Source: an uncultured Oscillospiraceae bacterium
GTDB lineage: Bacteria > Bacillota > Clostridia > Oscillospirales > Oscillospiraceae
Reading direction: 5' to 3'
DNA: 64,000 bases
Assembly (NCBI GenBank): GCA_944382995.1
Contig: CALWOF010000002.1
Coordinates: 30,944-94,943, forward strand
The notes beneath the pieces were generated by a model. That model was given only the letters and a program-made list of their open reading frames with translations, made no database searches and was not told where the DNA came from. Position numbers and translations under genes: made by a program. This document shows positions 59,934-64,000 of the stretch, in pieces. Each line of letters opens with the position of its first letter. Position 1 is the stretch's first letter.

Positions 59934-60779
59934 TCAGACGACGAGCCCCAGGCGTTCCAGGGTCCTGGCGTGTTCCGCGCCGGTGGAAATCAGGTAGATG
60001 CGGGTGGTCTCGATGGAGCTGTGGCCCAGCACGTCCGCCAGCTTTGCTACGTCCCGGCAGACGTGGTAAAAGGTCCGGGCGAACAGGTGCCGCAGGTTGT
60101 GGGGAAACACCTTGCCGGCCTCCACACCGGCTTCTGCGCAAAGAGCCTTCATCTCCGCCCAGATCTGCCGGCGGGAGAGGCCTGTTCCGTTTCTGGTGAG
60201 AAAGATCTCACCGGAGGCGGTTTTGTTTTTTCTGGCGTATTTCAGCAGCTTCCGGCACAGCTTGCCGGGGAGCAGGATGGTACGGATCTTCCCCTTGAGA
60301 GAGATTTCCGCCTTGCCTCGCTCCGCCGCCTCCACGGTGACGTACCGCACCTCGGAGACCCGGATGCCCGTGGCGCAGATGGTCTCCAGCAGCAGGGCCA
60401 GCCGCTCCCGGCCCAGGCGCTCCGCCGTGGAGACCAAGCGGTCGTACTCCGCCTTTGACAGGTCCCGGCTCTCGTCCCGGAACAGACGGCGCTGGAGCTT
60501 CAGAAATTTCACCCGGCAGTCCTCCCAGCCGGCAAAGCGGAGGAAGCTGTTGACCGCCGCCAGCATGGAGTTGACTGTGACCGGAGCCAGCCCTCTTCTC
60601 AGAAGAACGTCCTTCCACGCCGCGAGCCGCTCCTTTGTCGCGGCCTCGCCATCCAGCCAAGCCGCGAGTCCTTCCACATCCCGCAGATATTTCTCAACGG
60701 TGCCGGAGCCTTTTTCCTCATTGAGCAGCCGGGCACGATAAGCCATGATCTGTTCTGATGTGATCACATGCTGTTCCAT
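59934..60779 (-). CDS. tyrosine recombinase/invertase, catalytically intact
   Basis: TGIRVSE (R), KGK (K), HNLRH (HxxR), LGH, TTRIY (Y). Confidence 0.95.
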   Translation of the reverse strand: MEQHVITSEQIMAYRARLLNEEKGSGTVEKYLRDVEGLAAWLDGEAATKERLAAWKDVLLRRGLAPVTVNSMLAAVNSFLRFAGWEDCRVKFLKLQRRLFRDESRDLSKAEYDRLVSTAERLGRERLALLLETICATGIRVSEVRYVTVEAAERGKAEISLKGKIRTILLPGKLCRKLLKYARKNKTASGEIFLTRNGTGLSRRQIWAEMKALCAEAGVEAGKVFPHNLRHLFARTFYHVCRDVAKLADVLGHSSIETTRIYLISTGAEHARTLERLGLVV

Positions 60780-61631
60780 AGGATCCCTCCTTTTCGGTAA
60801 TCGGCTCTATTTTACCGTTCTGAACAGCACTTATGTGCGCCGGCTGGATTTTATGGGAGGTCCTCCGCCCACGCGGAGCCCTTGTGCGCTTTCATCTGGT
60901 GCATGAAATCTGTTCTCCCGTGCGGCCGATACAGGAAAACGGCCCTTGTTCCGACCGCTTCGATGCTTGCATTTATTTGATCGTGCGGCGTGGGAAGGAC
61001 CGCTGCAGGAGCGCCCCTCGGACGTGGTATGGCCAGCAGGAGTCCAAAGCTCCCGCAGCCCGGGAAAGCGGCCTCCCTCCTGTTCCAATCAGGCGGGCGT
61101 TCAGGTGAACCGCCACAGTTTCCCGCAGATCGCGGCAGAGGCCTCCTCTGTTATGCAGTCTCAAAAGGTTATGAAAAACGCGGAGAAGCTCTTGAAATCA
61201 AGTGCTTCTCCGCGCATTGCCAACGGCGCAAAAAGCCGCCCGCAGAGCGGTATCCAAAATCAAGGTCCAGCGACTGCGCAGCTGTTGGCGGTTCTGCCGG
61301 CTTGTGGCGATGGTGTACTCCCGCTGGTAAACGGCCTCGATTTGGAAAAAACGCACACAGGGCGCAGGCGGATGTCGTCTTTTTGCTGGGGGCAGAAAAA
61401 GACGTGGTCGCAAAACGAACTTTGCGACCACGTGGAAGTGGCGGTTAAAATCGATATTTTCAGCTTTGGGACTGTGAACAGAAATACCATCCAACGGCCC
61501 TTCTGGGCCGGCGGCGCTAATGCGCCGCAAATTCGGAGCCGCCAAAGGCGGCGGAGAATTGCGCAGGGGCGGCTTTGCCGACCCCGAGCATTCAAATACC
61601 GAAGGGTGAAGCCGCCCTCTGGGCGGCGGAA

Positions 61632-61675
61632 TCCAAAACGAAAGGACATCCTTACGGATGTCCTTTCGTTTTGGA
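61632..61675. repeat. perfect 20-bp hairpin at a GC-content boundary
   Basis: TCCAAAACGAAAGGACATCC-ttac-GGATGTCCTTTCGTTTTGGA. Confidence 0.7.
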
Positions 61676-61801
61676 CTGCCGCTACAATTCGGATATTTAT
61701 TCAAAATTTTCAGATCCCGTTTGATTTACATTTTCTTTTGGTTTCTATACTATTTACACTGAAATTTTAGGATGTTTTTCTCTTTCCTAATCCGAATAAG
61801 G

Positions 61802-62146
61802 TCAAATATGATATCCCAAGTAATCCATGGTAAAAATGAGAAAATAGCAGACCGCTAATTCAGCACTTACGTCTTCTTTTTCCATGATGTCTTCCACAAG
61901 CCGAGTACTTAGTTTATCAAGATCAACTTCGATAATGGGATTGTCGAGTTTATCCCATTCTCGTTCTGGATTATCGTGCCCCCAGAGATCAAAGGCAATG
62001 GATGCATAGCCTTCTTGCAAGATTTTTTGATGCATCTGTCTGTTAATTGCAAATTTCACTGCCTCATCTGGAGGCAACGATTTGTCGCGCATAATAATAC
62101 GAATCATATCTTGTGCAGCAGCATTTTTATTCAGATCCAATTTCAT
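61802..62146 (-). CDS. hypothetical protein (low GC)
   Basis: open ORF in AT-rich DNA directly downstream of and co-oriented with the Abi gene; start uncertain (62146 or 62170). Confidence 0.65.
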   Translation of the reverse strand: MKLDLNKNAAAQDMIRIIMRDKSLPPDEAVKFAINRQMHQKILQEGYASIAFDLWGHDNPEREWDKLDNPIIEVDLDKLSTRLVEDIMEKEDVSAELAVCYFLIFTMDYLGYHI

Positions 62147-62188
62147 TTCGCTCTTAACCCCCGTAGACACATTCTTCCAAAACTGATT

Positions 62189-63133
62189 TCACGCTTTTTT
62201 ATACGCAGTGATTCGTTTCCAATTACTTGGAAGCCCCATGATTTCCAACAGCTCCGCTTCAGAAATTTGCTGATTCCGCTTGATGGCTCTTGCGAGTAAT
62301 TGGGACAAGTGCCCTTTATACGCCAGGAACTCATCATTCGGCAGCAAATAGCGAAAGCTCAACACCACAGAGAAATAATCTCGTTTGCCACATATGTATT
62401 GGCTCCCTTTTCGTGGTATGGTCAATTTTTTGTGAAGCGGCAGATCCGGAATTTCATGTCTGGCGCACCGATACGAAAAAAGTCTTTCTCCATGAGCACA
62501 GACATTCCGAAAAGCCGTAAGAACTTTTAAAATTTGACCCAGCTGCTTTTCATTGATGGCTGCAAACTCCTGGCTTATGGCGGATTGGATCTGCGGCTTT
62601 GATAGGCTATACATTTTTGACAGTGTGCCAAATGTCAATGCATTTACCAACACCCATAAAGGAACATTTTGATGCGCTCTTTTGTGATGCTCAATATATG
62701 GATGGTCCGTCTTGAGCGTCAAAAGCGGCAACAAATATTTATTTATCAGCCGCTGAATCTCTGCTTTATTTTTTGGCTTTCCAATATCATAGTTGTTCGA
62801 ATCTGTATATGCCTTCTGGCTATCTCCAAACTTGTCACAGAAAGCAAAGGACAAAGCAGAGCGGAGGTGCTGCTCGACGTGGAGCAGGTGCCTCAATGTA
62901 AGCTCCCGCAGGCTCTCGTCAAATTGATACAGTGCGACAATGTCCTGAAAAGTCGTGCCATCACGATAATCTCGAGTCGTCGGATTTTTAAAAAGATCTT
63001 TATATCCGCTAACTAGAGAAAAATACCCGATTCGCCGAAGCGTTTCTTTTGCACCGTCCTCATCCGAAATGATCAGGTGCTTGTCCCGCATCTTCTGCAG
63101 TTGCTGGTCATAGGTCATAAATGGCTTCGGCAT
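62189..63133 (-). CDS. Abi_2 (AbiD/AbiF-like) abortive-infection HEPN protein
   Basis: KPFMTYDQQL, IGYFSL, LYQFD..LR, PLWVLV..LTFG, HEPN RNVCAH. Confidence 0.9.
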   Translation of the reverse strand: MPKPFMTYDQQLQKMRDKHLIISDEDGAKETLRRIGYFSLVSGYKDLFKNPTTRDYRDGTTFQDIVALYQFDESLRELTLRHLLHVEQHLRSALSFAFCDKFGDSQKAYTDSNNYDIGKPKNKAEIQRLINKYLLPLLTLKTDHPYIEHHKRAHQNVPLWVLVNALTFGTLSKMYSLSKPQIQSAISQEFAAINEKQLGQILKVLTAFRNVCAHGERLFSYRCARHEIPDLPLHKKLTIPRKGSQYICGKRDYFSVVLSFRYLLPNDEFLAYKGHLSQLLARAIKRNQQISEAELLEIMGLPSNWKRITAYKKA

Positions 63134-63152
63134 ATCATCACCTTCGGTTACG

Positions 63153-63218
63153 AAAAAGGGAGTCCCCGCAGGGACTCCCCCGGTCACAGGCCCCACAAGC
63201 ATCTGCAACCTAATCACT
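63153..63218 (-). ncRNA. putative leader/antitoxin RNA upstream of the Abi gene
   Basis: TTGACA-17-TATACT (63253-63225), then about 65 nt ending in a 9-bp stem plus TTTTT before the Abi RBS. Confidence 0.5.
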
Positions 63219-63362
63219 GAGTTTAGTATAGCTGGTGAAGCTGTATTTGTCAAGAGCTCAAGACGCCCTCAGTCATCTACAGTCACCGTCAGTCACTTTT
63301 CAGTAACTGTGGCTTACTAAACCAGCACTCCCATTATAGGAGGTATCCCTATGTTTATGCAT

Positions 63363-63827
63363 TTATTTGTGCAACTGCGGATACAGACTGTCCAGCAGCC
63401 CCTGGCACCCCGCCAGCACGTCCAACCAGGTTGTCTCGAAATCTTCCGTGTACCATGGATCGGCGACATCGCCGGGATAATCGGTAAAATCCATCAGGAG
63501 ATGGATTTTGTCGGCAAAGTCGCCGCCGCAGATCCGGTACATATCCCGCAGATTGGCTTTGTCCATCCCGATCAGCAGGTCGTATTTCTCGTAGTCGCTG
63601 TTGACGAGCTGCCGGGCTGCGTGGCCGCCGCAGGCGATCCCATGCTCGGCCAGCTTGCGGCGTGCCGGCGGATAGACTGGGTTCCCAATTTCCTCTCTGC
63701 TGGTAGCCGCCGATGCGATTTGGAACTGCGACGTCAGTCCAGCTTTTTTCACCAAGTCCTTCATGACGAACTCGGCCATTGGGCTCCTGCAAATATTTCC
63801 ATGACACACGAAGAGGATCTTTTTCAT
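63363..63827 (-). CDS. low molecular weight protein-tyrosine phosphatase
   Basis: FVCHGNICRS P-loop; MD..N; DPWY. Confidence 0.95.
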   Translation of the reverse strand: MKKILFVCHGNICRSPMAEFVMKDLVKKAGLTSQFQIASAATSREEIGNPVYPPARRKLAEHGIACGGHAARQLVNSDYEKYDLLIGMDKANLRDMYRICGGDFADKIHLLMDFTDYPGDVADPWYTEDFETTWLDVLAGCQGLLDSLYPQLHK

Positions 63828-64000
63828 AGGTCTGATTCTCCACCTTGATTTCTTTGACCTCAGTATAGCAGATATTCGCCTGCTCGTCGAGTGTTTCCTC
63901 CCGCCACGCGCCAGTCTCGATATTCTCTAAAAGCTGTGCTTTGGTCCATCCAAAGCGCAGAGTGGCATCCAGATACCATGACCGCTCTTCGGAGGCCACA
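63828..64000 (-). CDS. partial gene, DUF1016 N-terminal-like (runs off window; frame continues over the phosphatase to 63355)
   Basis: ERSWYL..T.RFGWTK..L...I resembles the end of the DUF1016_N domain. Confidence 0.5.

Noticed and set aside
58807-60779. tandem recombinases as a prophage, ICE or integron
   Set aside because: No phage, conjugation or attC-like cassette features nearby; the inverted repeats point to inversion instead.
60831-61770. several overlapping ORFs of 63-274 aa
   Set aside because: No convincing RBS or protein-like features; they run across palindromic non-coding repeats.

Overview
High-GC Firmicute chromosome, with gene content and style suggesting Oscillospiraceae/Clostridia (inferred). 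The window opens with pyrF-pyrE-pyrB-pyrI and a livKHMGF branched-chain amino acid ABC operon preceded by a 93-codon Ile/Leu/Val-rich leader ORF and a terminator. Next come PFOR with a divergent GntR, a LysR-linked uncharacterised catabolic operon (NCS1 permease, racemase, DUF1177, AroM, M18 peptidase, nitrilase-family) and a CapA-family gene. An envelope-stress island follows (Gld-like ABC, MacAB-like ABC, lipoprotein-small alarmone synthetase-RR-HK, PDZ-less HtrA) whose four promoters share one direct-repeat box, then a 225-bp MITE-like insert. A nitrogen-assimilation cluster (amt-PII fusion, glnA, ANTAR protein, gltBD, T-box-asnB, GS-III, pyrG) precedes a surface-protein locus and a lower-GC tail with an Abi_2/AbiF-like gene. 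The top finding is a 273-bp segment bounded by perfect 21-bp inverted repeats. It lies between an intact tyrosine recombinase and a paralog lacking the catalytic residues. It carries a promoter facing away from, and a terminator blocking read-through into, the operon dead-recombinase > SLH protein > LPXTG adhesin > sortase. This reads as a phase-variation switch in the OFF state whose first controlled gene is a pseudo-recombinase. Family calls come from motif recognition only; no searches were run.
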